Positions 49,050-62,200 of a DNA stretch of 64,000 nt are shown piece after piece. The DNA is from Octopus vulgaris (lineage: Eukaryota), in assembly GCA_951406725.2 (NCBI GenBank), contig OX597821.1:77624001-77688000 (forward strand). Reading direction: 5' to 3'. How positions within the stretch are numbered: position 1 is the stretch's first letter; every line of letters starts with the position of its first letter. Under the pieces are notes generated by a model, which saw only the letters and a program-made list of their open reading frames with translations, had not been told where the DNA came from and did no database searches. Position numbers and translations under genes: made by a program.

Positions 49050-51180
49050 ACAGTTTTATAAGTATTTCAGATGGTTTTATAGGAACCATAAATATGATAG
49101 GTTCCTATTCCTGCTTTGAAAGGATAGCTGAGAATGTTATTGAGGTTTCGGACTGAATCAACAATTTGTTCGGTCTGATTTCGCAACTTCAACTTTTTCA
49201 GTTGGAGATGTCGGGCAAATTTGTCATTGCGTTCCAAAAGCTGATTTTCATGCCTATACATAAATAGGTAAAATAGCCAAAAAGGTAGAAACACACACAT
49301 GTCAACTGGAGAACAGTATTTAAGAAGAAATTATCAAGCGGCGGGTCACTCATTGGTAGTATCTGAGAGCAGAGATTAGATGAGGTGAAGCATTCCAGAA
49401 AAAGCATCTTTACAATTAAGACTGTTTGAGATTGTCATGTTTTGCACAATTCCTTGTTTTAGAACATTTCTCTGTGCCACAGACAGTAATTAAAGGATAA
49501 ATCAAACCATGAAAAAGAACAAAAAGAGTAAAATTATAAAATTTATTCGAAGTGCTAGTCATTTACTGTATAGAAACCCAATGTTTTTTTTTTCAACTTC
49601 CCTTTTGGAAGAAGGAACTTTGAGAAGACTCAGTTTATCAGGATTAGGTGGGTTTTTTTTTAGTGGTCTTGCATGCATTAACCATTTTGCTAAAAACACC
49701 CTTTTCTAAATGAAAGTGACATTCAAATCTTTGATAGATTGATAGGAATGCCTGCAAATTTCTGCCATGATCTTCCACCGAGTTAGAGGACATAAGAATG
49801 TCTAAATAATAGTAGGTAGGTTATACAAGATTATTTCTATGAGAATATTTGGTTCATCATTAGTTGAAATCGTGCCGCGGTATTCAGAATACCAAATGGA
49901 AATCTCGTATACATAAAACAGATTGGGACGATCTTCAATCGACTGAAACAGTTGATATATTTCGTTATGAACTCACTAAAATAGAAAGTATACCATGAAC
50001 TCATCAATAATTGGCACTGGAAAAGCATAAAGGAAACCGTAATTGTTATATCAATGACAAGGCATCGGTTGGGATTTGTTTTATTAGTCTGTCAACGATG
50101 CTTCTTGGATCACTTTACTTTTTGTCTAACGAATTTACAAGCAATACCATCAAGTAGGTGTAGTAATAGGCTTTGAAGAAAGTAACAGGTGGGAAGCTTT
50201 AGACAAGTAAATTTGACAACTTTGAAGAAGCTGCTGGGACATGAAGCCACTTTTGCTCATCTGAGCTGAGAGTCTGGAATAATAAACTAACAATGACTGC
50301 TGTTTATAACAACTTACAAGCATATCGAATGTCAATTTCACATATTCCTGTAATTCGGGAAACCAAGCTGTGTTGACGTCAACTAAACAATTCCACTTAC
50401 AATATCAACTTTGGTAAAGTTGTCAGTACCTCCACTGTCGACAGAAGTTTCCATTGGTTGATAGTTAATTATAATATTAACGAGTACCCGAAACAGTACA
50501 GTGTGTTTTAATAAAGATGGAAAATTAATGTTGAAGATGGGTTTTCTTACCTGATGTGGTTTCCAGGTTGTTAATTACATTATTTGCACATCTGAGAAAA
50601 ATGGCTTTTTCCCTCCCCAATAGTTGCAACACTTATGTTTTGCTGAACATTTTCTGTGGGCCCACTATTTCTCGTATGGAGCTGCGAAAACAACATCCTG
50701 ATCAGTCTTCTGTATTAATAATGAATCCTAAACAGGTCATCATTATTCAGAAATAAACCCCATTCATTGTCGCTCTGATCTGAAACTGCATTTTTCAGTC
50801 GGGAGTTGAAAGGCTTGAAGAAATTGATGTAGAGATTCAGTCAGCTGTTGTTTTCCAGTTGGCTTAAACCTTTGTCACTAGTTTGATTTGATGTAGACAA
50901 CACTTTACGTAATTAATCGCAACAAGTAACAGTCCGAAGTTTACGAGTTGTGTCGAAGTCAGGAATACCAGCAAAATGTTTTTTTCAAACGTACGTAAAA
51001 CGCACGATAATTAGTGAAAGGAATTGTATTCATTCTTTTGAGGCATTCATCGAAATCCTTATTTGATTCCCTGAATAAACTGTCATAAGAGATTCATACA
51101 CTAAAATCAACAAATCCTGCGAGACAGCTCAACGTCAGGTTTAAATAATGGAGAGTACTCACCCATCACGTGACACACCA
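49050..51180 (-). mobile_element. Heavily decayed Ty3/Gypsy (Mag-like) LTR retrotransposon gag-pol in LDLRAP1 intron 1
   Basis: Minus-strand motifs in correct order across frameshifts: zinc knuckle CSAKHKCCNYWGG/SHFSQMCK (~50580-50650), protease VDSGGTDNF (~50420-50445), RT RCLVID, AFPVPIIDEF, YTRFPFGILNTAARFQLMMNQIF (~49840-49912), YLD-ILMSSNSVEDHGRNL, PNPDKL..VPSSKREV. Outer boundaries are approximate; LTRs were not identified. Confidence 0.8.
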
Positions 51181-52143
51181 GTCATTCAAAATATGTGGAC
51201 TCGCAACAAAACATTTTTATTAAATTAAAAATGTTTTAAAACTTAATCTGAAACGTGAAATCAGCTTCATGATTATTCTTGTTATATTTTTAAAACAATC
51301 GTGAATACTTAAGCTGTTATTTTCGTTTTGTGTATGAAGTTCAATAGAATGTTGATACTGGAATCTTAGTTTAAGAATCTTCAAACCTTAAAACTAGTCT
51401 CCTCTTCAACCCAGATAATTAATGCTAAGAGTCTTGCTCAATAAATACAATCGTAACACTCAGGTTAATTTTAATTAACATTAAGTAGTAATTCAAGGAA
51501 TTACAATATTTGATGTTGCAATTCTCGTTAAAAAAAAAAACCTCTGCAGGTCTTTTGACCCTTGAAGCTACTCTAGATTAATATATATACAAATAGATCT
51601 ACTTTTTAGTAGAGGAGAGAAAGAGCACCCAGTTATTGGAGAAAGTATACTTGTAAGGAAATAATAGGCAGGTAGCATTGTTCAAAAACCGCACCCCTTG
51701 GTAAATACTGTCAATAAGAATTTGACATAAATTCTTTAAGCTTTAGTGTAAGTGCAGAAAATAGAATTTACTTAGCTTTTTTCTCTCCATTTAATTTTTT
51801 TTCTATTTTATTTTAAACAGGTTTCTAAATCTTTAATTCAAAAATTATTCTTTATAAGTAGCAGATACTAGAATGGATTTATTATTTTGGTAGCTTTTCT
51901 TGTCTAAAATGGGTTTTTTTATATGGTGCAAATAATATTGATATAAAGTAGTGTATTTTATGTGCCATCATAATCTACAATTGATTGGAATCACACCATA
52001 ATTCTTGAAAATATGCAAAATGTAAAATTTCAGAAATTCTACAGGTTCTGAAAAACATTCTAACATTGACTGTAAAAATCTTATGTATTGCTTTCCAAGA
52101 AGCTTAGTATAAAGTGTTTATCTATTTATATTTTCTCTTACAG

Positions 52144-52301
52144 AATTACATGATAAATGGGGTGAAAATCTAGATACTGTGAATGATGGATTGACATTTT
52201 ACCTGAAATATCTCGGTTCCACTTTGGTAGAAGAGATTTCTGAAGGAGAAAGTTATGGTGATGGCATCAGTACGAAAGCAATTCAACGAGTTATTGCCAT
52301 G
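52144..52301 (+). CDS. LDLRAP1: LDLRAP1 exon 2 (start of PTB domain)
   Basis: ttacag|..KLHDKWGENLDTVNDGLTFYLKYLGSTLVEEISEGESYGDGISTKAIQRVIAM|gtaagc. Contains the F.LKYLG PTB signature. Confidence 0.93.
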
Positions 52302-53029
52302 GTAAGCAATATTATACATGTTACTTTTCTTACAAATCTACCTGGCCTGGGTTAATTTATTCCCCTCAAATAAAATATATTCCAGTTATAGAATTCACTT
52401 AACTATTTTCTTGTCAATCAATTTGGCTTTTTGCCACAGTGATTTAGTTTCACAGATACATGCTCTTAAAATTTGTTAACTAGGGACACTGTAATTTAAG
52501 TGAGAATCTTCATCAGATGAACTGGGGATAAACAATTATTATTCCAGTATTTGCAGCCATATATAATATGGTCTACATTTAAATTTCTTCACTTTGTTTA
52601 TACAGTATACCTTAATCCTTAAAAAAAAATTGTATAAAATTAGAACCTTTAACTAAAGTCTACTGATTTTGAAAATCAAGTGCTCTTTATAAAATTTAAA
52701 TTGACATTTCAGTTTCGAAAAATGATTTATTTTTTTAACCTACTTTTACCACACTATGAAAATATGGTAGTTTGGAATGCCAAGCCATATAATAAAAGTA
52801 CCTGGGATTTCATAGTTGTATTCAAGTAACGATTTATTTATAGTTTAAAACCACTTTTTCTGCTCTATAATATGGGCAGTAGATTGGGTGGATTAAGATT
52901 TAATATTGAAAGTTGTTGAGAAAGTTTTAAAAGCTTTGTTCTTGAAGGAAAATTTTTTTAAATTTCCATCCCTGATTGATGATAATTAAATAATTTATTG
53001 CACTAAACTTTTTTTTTATCTCTTCACAG

Positions 53030-53257
53030 GAAAAAAATTCCGGCAAGAAATGGAGAAAAGTGGCCTTGAATGTATCTTCACAAGGCATTAAAATGTATGA
53101 TATGGTTACCAAAGAAATGTTGTTGGATGTTTGTATATACAGGATATCTTTCTGTACAGCTGACAGACATCATGAAAGAGTGTTTGCATTTATTGCTCGC
53201 AACACAATCAATGAAACTATGGAATGTTACGTCTACGTCTGCCCGAAAAGGAAAATT
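53030..53257 (+). CDS. LDLRAP1: LDLRAP1 exon 3 (PTB core)
   Basis: cacag|EKNSGKKWRKVALNVSSQGIKMYDMVTKEMLLDVCIYRISFCTADRHHERVFAFIARNTINETMECYVYVCPKRKI|gtaagt. IYRISFCTAD..VFAFIA..EC....C.KRK matches ARH. Confidence 0.95.
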
Positions 53258-53698
53258 GTAAGTATACAAAATGACACTAGCTGTATTTATATACTAACTT
53301 AATAGTTGTTTTAAATCTGGTATAACTTGACTCTAAAATATGAACACTAGTCTAATCATGTTTAATTGTCTTCCTTAAAATAGATATCTTATTTAATTTG
53401 CATTTGTAATTTGAATATTTAATCTGTGTTTTTACTAAAATGCTCTTGTATAACAATTACATGGGAGAAACTAAGCGATGAAAAATAGTTTCTAAAAAAT
53501 ATATTCACTCCATCATATTGTAATGAAAATAACTTATCTAATAAGAATTCGTAGAAGAATCATCTCCCTTTAATTGTGTTGCTCTCTTTGAAAAGGATTA
53601 AACATGTAGCATATCCTTTTACTTGATTAGCACTTGAATTTTTTTTTTCTTTCGTTTTTGCCAATTTTTTAAAGTGATGTAATTAACTTTTGTTTCAG

Positions 53699-53809
53699 GC
53701 TCATGATGTAACGTTAACGGTGTCACAGTCATTTAGTATTGCGGAATATCTTGAATTAGAAGAAGAGCAAGAAGAACGACGGAAAGCAGAAAAAGAAGAC
53801 AATAGAATT
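53699..53809 (+). CDS. LDLRAP1: LDLRAP1 exon 4 (PTB C-terminal helix)
   Basis: tttcag|AHDVTLTVSQSFSIAEYLELEEEQEERRKAEKEDNRI|gtaagt; cf. vertebrate AQAVTLTVAQAF. Confidence 0.93.
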
Positions 53810-54826
53810 GTAAGTTTTACAATCATTTCTAATAATGAATGTTTTGGTGGGTTTCCTTAGATTATTCAATCTATGAACAGTTTTAAAAATAGCACTAGAA
53901 TAATTTAAAGTCTACTTAATTTAATATTAATGAACGCCAATGTATTGTTAGCTCAGCAGTTGCTGCACTGCTTTACTCTCTCTCACCTGACACATTCTGA
54001 TATCGTACCTTGATAATTTATGTGGGCTGAGATGAAATAGATATTAAAGCTAATGATTTCTGGTTCTTTTTAAAGAACTAGAATCAGTCACTTTGAAGGC
54101 ATTTTGAAGTGGTGTAGTATTTGTTTGCAGCTCAACTTCATATTGTGTAGATTGATAGTATTTTTATAAACACTAGAACCCTACAGAATTCTTTGTGCCA
54201 ACTTTGCATGTTGTGTAATAATCATCTTATTTTTACATAGAATTTTTGGAGGGCTTGATATATAAATAGATTTGCAATACACTATCAATTTGAACATATT
54301 GGGGTTTTTTCTCCAGCTTCTGAAGTTTTCTTTAATCTGACCACTTGAAGTGCCTTCTACTATCAAGTCATGACATGTAAATAAATATTCATAACTAGCT
54401 ATTAGTCATGTTGTTGTTTAGATATGCAAACCCTTTCAGTTCTTTTAGAATATAAATATTTATATTAATTTCAAATGTTGGCAGAAGGCTGGTAATTTCA
54501 GAGGAGGGTTAAGTCAATTACATCAACCCCAGTGTTTAACTGGTACTAATTTTATTGATGAAGGGCAAAGTTGACTGTGGCGGAATTTGAACTCAGAACA
54601 TAAGAACAAATGAAATATTTCCAAGCATTTTTCCCAGCATACTAACAATCTGTCAGCTCACTACCTTAGAATGTATATATGTATATATATTACCATCAGA
54701 AAATAGCAAATGGTACAGATTTTTAATTAGTTTTTGGATTGTGAAGAACTGGTAGGTTTTTACATGGAATGTTATTCAAGTTTATAGTTTTCATGTTTAT
54801 AATGTTTTTTTTTTCTTTTTTTGCAG

Positions 54827-54967
54827 TATGCTAGTGACCTTATAGAAATTCCTGAGGATGACTTGATGCCTTCTTACCGACGTAAACTCTCTGATTCTGT
54901 TACAAGTAGTGATGCTTCCACGCCTATGAACTTATCTCCACCATCTAATTCACCCTGTATTAACCTG
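54827..54967 (+). CDS. LDLRAP1: LDLRAP1 exon 5 (disordered linker)
   Basis: ttgcag|YASDLIEIPEDDLMPSYRRKLSDSVTSSDASTPMNLSPPSNSPCINL|gtaaga; phase 0/0, open. Confidence 0.85.
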
Positions 54968-55223
54968 GTAAGAACAGAATTATATATTTATATTTTATAG
55001 CAAAACTATATACGTCTTAGTGGTAAGAGTGTTGGACTCGTGATAGTAAGGTTGTGAGTTCGATTCCTGGACTGGGTGATGCATTGTGTTCCTCCTGTCC
55101 ACTCAGCTGGTAAAAAGGTGTGTTACTGTGATGGACTGATGTCCCATCCAGGGAGGAATTATATGCAGCAGAAAAACCAAGAGGCCATGTACAGAGTAAT
55201 GTGGACTAACTATATATTTATAT

Positions 55224-55481
55224 CAGGGCTGTGGAATCAGACTTGGAAACAGTTATGGAGTAGCTGGAGTCAGTCAATAAAACTATATCAACTCCGACTC
55301 CCAGTATCTTTATTCTTTAATATAAACCAGTTATAAGATATAGGCCTACTCAAAGTACAAGCGTATGCATGTGCTTTATGAGATATGTAGACCACAATCA
55401 CTTAATTACATAAAGAGGAGTCAGGGGTGCCAATAGTACAGGAGTTAGTCAAAGTTTTTTTGTTTTGACTCCACAACCCTT
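55224..55481. mobile_element. hAT-type MITE
   Basis: TIRs CAGGGCTGTGGAATC / GACTCCACAACCCT(T), internal GGAGTC repeats, 8-bp TSD ATTTATAT (55216-23, 55482-89). Confidence 0.8.
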
Positions 55482-56236
55482 ATTTATATATGTAGTTATA
55501 ATATTCATATATTATAACAAATTTTTATAAACCATGCCAAATCAGTTTGGAACCTGGTGTAGCTTACCAGTTCTGTCAAACTGTGGACATTAAATGATGA
55601 CGAAGATGATGATAGTACAGAATTTCATATTTACTTAGTGAATTCTTTGTGTAACGCTTTCGTTTCACCGTGAGAACCCAAACTGTTGATTATATACATT
55701 CAGCCTAACCTTTTACAAGCTAACCATTCACAGGTGGTTTTTAACTTAGGATGAGCAAAGCTGCAACACCTTACTGTTATGCTCAGTTTCTGAGACCCCA
55801 ATTCTCAAAGTGGGTGAACTTATATTGGAAACAACCATTTAACATTTCAAAGTAGCTTGAGCTTACATTAAAATAATTGTTGCTGGTCTTAAAAGTCCTT
55901 CATGTTATGCTTTTACTCTTCTTGATAAAAATAATACCTACTTATACCAGAAACTAATTGATAGGATATGAAACCATAAAGTATTTTACTTCCACCAAAA
56001 TATTTATGCAACTCTCTGAATTTGCAAACCTGTTCATTCTTCTATAGATGGATAAAAAATTTGAAAAGCATTGTTTTTAATTAACCAGTTCGATATAAAA
56101 CTTTCCAAACAAAAAAATGTTAGCAAAAAAATTTTTTTTTTTTTTTTCTAAGCTTTCATGTTTTATTGTGTGAAGAAAAATACCTTTGTTGTGTATTTCT
56201 CAAGTTGCTTTCATTGTACAATTTTATTTTTTGTAG

Positions 56237-56283
56237 CAAGATTTTGATGAAGAAGAGGATAATCTAGACGACTGTTTCTCAAG
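56237..56283 (+). CDS. LDLRAP1: LDLRAP1 exon 6
   Basis: ttgtag|QDFDEEEDNLDDCFS+AG|gtaagt (phase 2); first half of the AP-2 beta-appendage motif. Confidence 0.9.
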
Positions 56284-57208
56284 GTAAGTTTTTCTCCGAT
56301 TCTTCTCTTTTCATAAATTTAAATAATTAACATTTGGAGTTTAATATTTACATATTAAGAAGCACACACACATGGATATATAGTGAAAGATAGCTTTCAT
56401 ATGTATGAAGGGTTTTAAGTTTCCTGAAACTACAAAAATATTGAAACTTTTGAGACAATTAAAAATGTTCAATCTGATACTGTACAACTGTGGAATGTAA
56501 CTGGCAGTGTCTTATGTGATTCAACATTATTGTTATCTCACTTGATCCCTCGTAGGCTAAACTTGTTTATTCTATTTAATGCTTTCTCTGCATTTAATTA
56601 TTTCCCTTCCTGTCTTGAGTTTCACATCCTAGCTGCAAGATTTTGGTTTAGATTATTTTAAAACCAGAAGTTTGCTTCATGTGATTTTGGTTGGATTGGT
56701 ATCAAAAGAGATGAACTGTTTATTTAGTCAATTCCAGCTTTGTATATCCTTGTATGTCTTTTAATAAGCCTGAATCATTGTGGCATGTAAAAAGCACCAT
56801 TTGAGTGTTGGGCCTCATGGGGCAGTGACAGGTGACCAAGACCCTTGGTGATATACTGTGCTTGTGTTGACCTGTCAAGCCAAGTGAGACTGTAGACATG
56901 GCCAGTGTCAGGTCAATGGCTCGTAAAAGGTACCCACTACACTCTTGGAGTGGTTGGTGTTAGGAAGGGCATCCAGCTGTAGAAATCTTACCAAATCAGA
57001 TTAGAGCCTGTTGCAACCCCTGGCTTACCAGTTTTCAGTCAAACCGTCCAACAGCAGACATTAAACAATGATGATACAAACACATTTTCATCTCAATATG
57101 AACATGTCTAAAATTTGCTGGATAACTTAATATTTTAATTGTTCTCTGTACCTATATATTTGCCGAATATTAAATTAATCTTTTCGTTGTTGTTTTTTTA
57201 AATTGCAG

Positions 57209-57368
57209 GCTTGCAGAATACCGAAGCAGGTTAAGGCCAACTCCTTTTACTACAGACTTTATTAAAGCTGATATTGAAACTGATGTTGGACACTATCTAA
57301 AAAATAATAACCGTTGTTTTGAAGACTATGTTTGCCCCAAAACTGTGGAGGATTTATTGTTATTATGA
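57209..57368 (+). CDS. LDLRAP1: LDLRAP1 exon 7 (terminal)
   Basis: ttgcag|G completes R, then LAEYRSRLRPTPFTTDFIKADIETDVGHYLKNNNRCFEDYVCPKTVEDLLLL*. Total CDS 912 nt = 303 aa. Confidence 0.9.
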
Positions 57369-58798
57369 AGTTGAATTTAATTTTAAGACTGAAAACAAAT
57401 TATAATTGTGTGTGCATATATATATGTATATATATATATATATATGTGTGTATATATATAATGTCACATATACAAACCAAAAGACTTCTTTAATTAACTG
57501 AACTTATGTTGGCCTAAGAAATTTAACGACTCATTTTTGTACTATACATTCATCTATCAAAAGGAAGATCTTCTATAACAGACTTACAAAAGGGAAAAAA
57601 AGACTTCAAGCTTTGACATCATTTGTACTATGTACATCTGCGACTTCCCCCCCTGAAAATTTCTATTGAAATAATCCAGTCAAAACAAGTTTCAAATAGA
57701 AACTTCTTTTTCTTTTCTTTTTTTTTATGCTATTTATTGATTGCTCAATTTGCTCAAACAAATCTAAAGAGTAATTAAATATTCTGGCAATGAATTCTGG
57801 TCAATTTTTAAAGATATTTTAGAAAACCAGAAATATGTAAAATCATTATTATTTCTTTTTCTTTATAAATCATTATTAAATAATGTTTGACAGTATTCAT
57901 TAATTTTATATATATATATATCATTTTTCATTAATTAATTAATTAATTACTTCTTCAAAAAATATATTATCCAAAACAAATTTTTTAAAAAAATAATTTC
58001 CTTTTACCTTTTGTTCAGGAACAAAATTAGGACATAGATCTGAAATTCTATAGTGATAAAAATTATTATTCTAAATATTGTAAGAAACTGTTTATTCTAG
58101 TAAAACCCTAATCCGTTTCTCTGATTTCAAAAAGAATCCATTATTCTCTGAAAATCCAAGAGTATTATTGTATTATTTCTGGTTTTCTTCTTTTACCGAA
58201 ATTTGTTATGTTTGGAAAAACTTGGAATATTTTTTTATATAAAACAAAGACAATTGAACTAAACTTCAGTGTGTTATACACACTGGAATTGTTTCCTTAC
58301 GTGCTTTTTATCACGTATACACACACACACACACACGCTCTTGCACACATACATACATACACACATATCAGAGACCAGAAAAGTCCAGAAAGTCTGTAAT
58401 TACTCTTCAACTGCTGGTAAATCAGTAATATTAATACTAAAAAAAAAAACACAAAACACATTCCTATTGTAATAACTTCTTTTTTTTTAACCTTTTAAGT
58501 CTAGAAAGTAACTATTACTCTCTCTCCCTCTCCTTCACTTTCTCTGTTCAGACTGAATTTTTTTTTTATATAACAATTTTAAAAAACATTAACAAAATAA
58601 CTTTCTTTTTAGTTGTAATAATGCAATAGCTGAGGTCAAGATGATGTATCACTGGTTCAAACCATTGCTGCAGTATTGCATAGTAACTTTTATAATAGCA
58701 GGCATCTTCGGTGATGCTTAGCACTAACCTATGTTTAAATGGTTGGGAAAGATACCCGGATCTAACAAATAAAATAACTGTAAAAGTTGTTTTTTTTC

Positions 58799-59224
58799 AA
58801 TATATTCTATATATAATATATATGTATATATATTCTATATATAAAATATATATGTGTATATATTCTATATATAATATATATGTGTATATATTCTATATAT
58901 AATATATATGTGTATATATTCTATATATAATATATATGTGTATATATTCTATATATAATATATGTGTATATATTCTATATATAATATATATGTGTATATA
59001 TTCTATATATAATATATATGTGTATATATTCTATATATAATATATGTGTATATATTCTATATATAATATATATGTATATATATTCTATATATGTGTATAT
59101 ATTCTATATATAATATATATGTATATATATTCTATATATGTATATATATTCTATATATAATATATATGTATATATATTGTGTATATATATATTCTATATA
59201 TAATATATATATTTTATATATATA
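58799..59224. repeat. AT-rich minisatellite (~25-27 bp unit TATATTCTATATATAATATATATGTG)
   Basis: About 16 tandem units downstream of the LDLRAP1 stop. Confidence 0.92.
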
Positions 59225-62200
59225 AAATCAACTATACTTGAATTTTCAGAACTATTCAATAGTGTTGTGCTATTTTAGAAAAACATGAATTTAAGAAGGG
59301 GGAAAAAAAGAAAAAGATAAGAAATTTGCCTTCTTGCAAAATAAGCAAGACAAAATATAAGGAATTAATTTGAAGACAAAAATACAACACGTCTAATGAA
59401 TTTGAAATAATGCTCCTCCAATTTTTTTTTCTTAACTTCACCAACATTTTCTTAATAGGCCCTTCATACATACATATATTTATTTATCATTTGTTCATAC
59501 ATTCATAATAAAAAATAATTGAGGAGTAAGAAATCTCAAATTCATTATTTTAAGAAGTTTATCCCAATTTGTATCAAACTGCCATTATTGACTGCTGATT
59601 TTAATTAAAATTGCTGTATAAATTAGAATCAAACAGGCTTGTTCTTTTTGTATATTTCATACTTTTTTTTCTTTCTTTTTTTTTATCCTGTACATGTCTG
59701 TTTTTTTAAAGGCTAATTTCCAGAAAACAACAATACATAAAAATAAACGAGAAAAGAAAAAAAACTAAACAGCAACATATTATTTGCTTGTTTTCTTTTG
59801 TTTTTCTTTTCTGGTTGAAAATGGTTAAAATTTTTTTGCTTAATTTAGCAAAAAGTTTTTGTTCCTAATCACTTAACTTTACAGAATTTACTAGATGGGT
59901 AATCCAGAATGTAAATTATTTAAAGGAGAACATATCCTTTTTTAGACATATTTTCTAAATTTTTGTCTATTACCTTATTTTAATTAATTTGCTCTCGATT
60001 TTCCTTTGGAATCAACCAGAATTTTTCTTCTGTAATTTTAATGTGTTTCAAATGTTCAGTGATTAGTTTTTAAAAAATCCCCACAAAAACCTGGAAGAGA
60101 ATGGTTTAATGATATTCACATGGGCCATTCTCTTACTTGTTTGTCCTTCGGAAAGATTTATCTGGAAATTATGCTGTTTATTTTTTCATTACTTGTTTTA
60201 TTAATTTATTTTCTTATTTGCTCTCCTTTATACATAAATAGACACTTTCTCTGTGATATACTGCTATCGTTAGGAAGATAAGGTTTTTCCGGGTCAGTAT
60301 TTCTATCTCTTGATAAAGTTATTTTTATTCTCCTTAAAAACAATTGATAAATGATCTCAGGGTCTACTTCAGATGTCATAAACAAAAACAAGCTTTGATA
60401 ATAATTGATAGTTATACCAAATAACCTAAAACAAAGATAGACAAATAGAAAAACATGAGCAAACTATAACAAGTCGAAACGAATCAGATGACATGAAAGA
60501 CTCTTTATTTACATCTTCTTATCTCATATTGATTATTTTCATTTACTCAAGTTCTCCCACCAACTGTCTCAGCTGATAATTAAGCATCATACTGCAGAAC
60601 AGATAAAAATTTGGTTCTGTTTTCAGTGACTAAGATAGTTACATTTTCTCTTCATTATGTTTATTTATTAATGATTCTATAAAAAGAACTTTCTTAATCA
60701 AATGGGGTTTGTTTCATCAGATCTAAAGTCTTAATGATCCAAATGATATCTACATAGATCTTTAAATATTTTATATTTAAAATTCAGACATCAAGGTGTG
60801 TTTTTTTTTTTAATTTTGTTTTTTTTTTAATTTTATTTTTTTGTTAGGGAAAAAATGAATTAAAAAGAAACAGGTCTCCTACTCTCTGCTATACACAACT
60901 ATTTGTATTTGTGATTGACCCCTTCTGATAATTAGCTCCACATTACTGCTGGTTAATAATGGCATAGCATACACATTACTTTTGTAACTTGTTTTGACTT
61001 TAGTATCAGACTCAGTAGGTCTCTGTTTATAACAATATATATTCAGTCCAGAAGGTGGAGCTAAAATGCCATATGTCTTGGCATTTATCATGAAACCTTT
61101 TGAGACACTACACAAATTAGGTCATGTTGTTGGATACATAAGAATGGGCTAATTTTTTTAATTGTTGCAGTATATTGTGTTATTGCTTAACTGGAAAAAG
61201 AAATATATACATGGTAAATGTTAGTGTGTTCTTTAAAAAAAGCAAAAAAAAAGTTTTAAAAAAACCCTATCCCACCACAAATTCAGTCACAAGCCTAAAG
61301 GATTATAAACCGAAATTAATTTAAATTCTGTATGTAATCTTCCTTTTGTATCATTAAGGATAAATATATATTTATATATACATATATTTTTGTTGCTGTT
61401 TATATATGTTTGATATTTTTCTGGGGCAATATGAAATTTGTTCCGTGTACATTGTAAATTTTGCATATATATTTATTATTTTTCATTAAATTAAGCCTTA
61501 TATGTTAATAGCGATGACATTGTAGTCTTTCTTTCTAAATAATGAAGCTCTTGGTATTACTAATTAAAATAGATATGTTTTTAATTAGCTAAAATTTTGC
61601 AGAGCATTTACGAAAATATAAAATTTTTACTAAGGACTCCCAGGGCCAATTACTTAGTTTTCATGGTTTATAAAAGACGAGGATTGCAACATTCCCCTGG
61701 ATGGAATGCCAGTCCTTTGCAAGCTTTACAGCTGAGTGACCTGGAGCAATATGAAACTAATTGTTCCACCCAGTTTAGGAATGGAAACCTTCATCTTGCA
61801 ATGCAAAATGCAACACCCTGACCACTGGGTCACTTAGTATTAATCATTGTTACTTTGGAGATTTCTGTACAGAAAGTTTAATTTGGTTCTAGGTTGTTGA
61901 AAGGCTTAGATTTGATTATCCAGTAGGAATCATCTTGACTGGAAATTTCAGAACAATTCAGAGAACTTAATATATATTTGAGGTGAATCATAAATTTTAA
62001 AAATAGGACGGAAAAATAATTGCATATTGGTTTGAGGAATGTTTGATAATAATCATTTAAGAATACAAGAATCTTTGATTTTCCCTGACTATATTCAACC
62101 TGGTTATGTAGTCAAAACTTGCAAAACGTTTGTAAGCTTTCTTCCCAAATAATGGTTCATTTACAAGTTTTAGGAAATATTTTTCTTCAAAACATATTAA

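Noticed and set aside
51160-51182. Primer-binding site (TGGTGTG.. on minus) for the Gypsy fossil
   Set aside because: Only the TGG start fits; no convincing tRNA 3' complement or adjacent LTR found.
51821-51895. Strong acceptor followed by ATG GAT TTA TTA TTT (MDLLF), resembling LDLRAP1 exon 1 (MDVLF)
   Set aside because: Stops after six codons, and the only nearby donor gives the wrong phase for exon 2. May be chance or a non-coding exon; needs RNA data.
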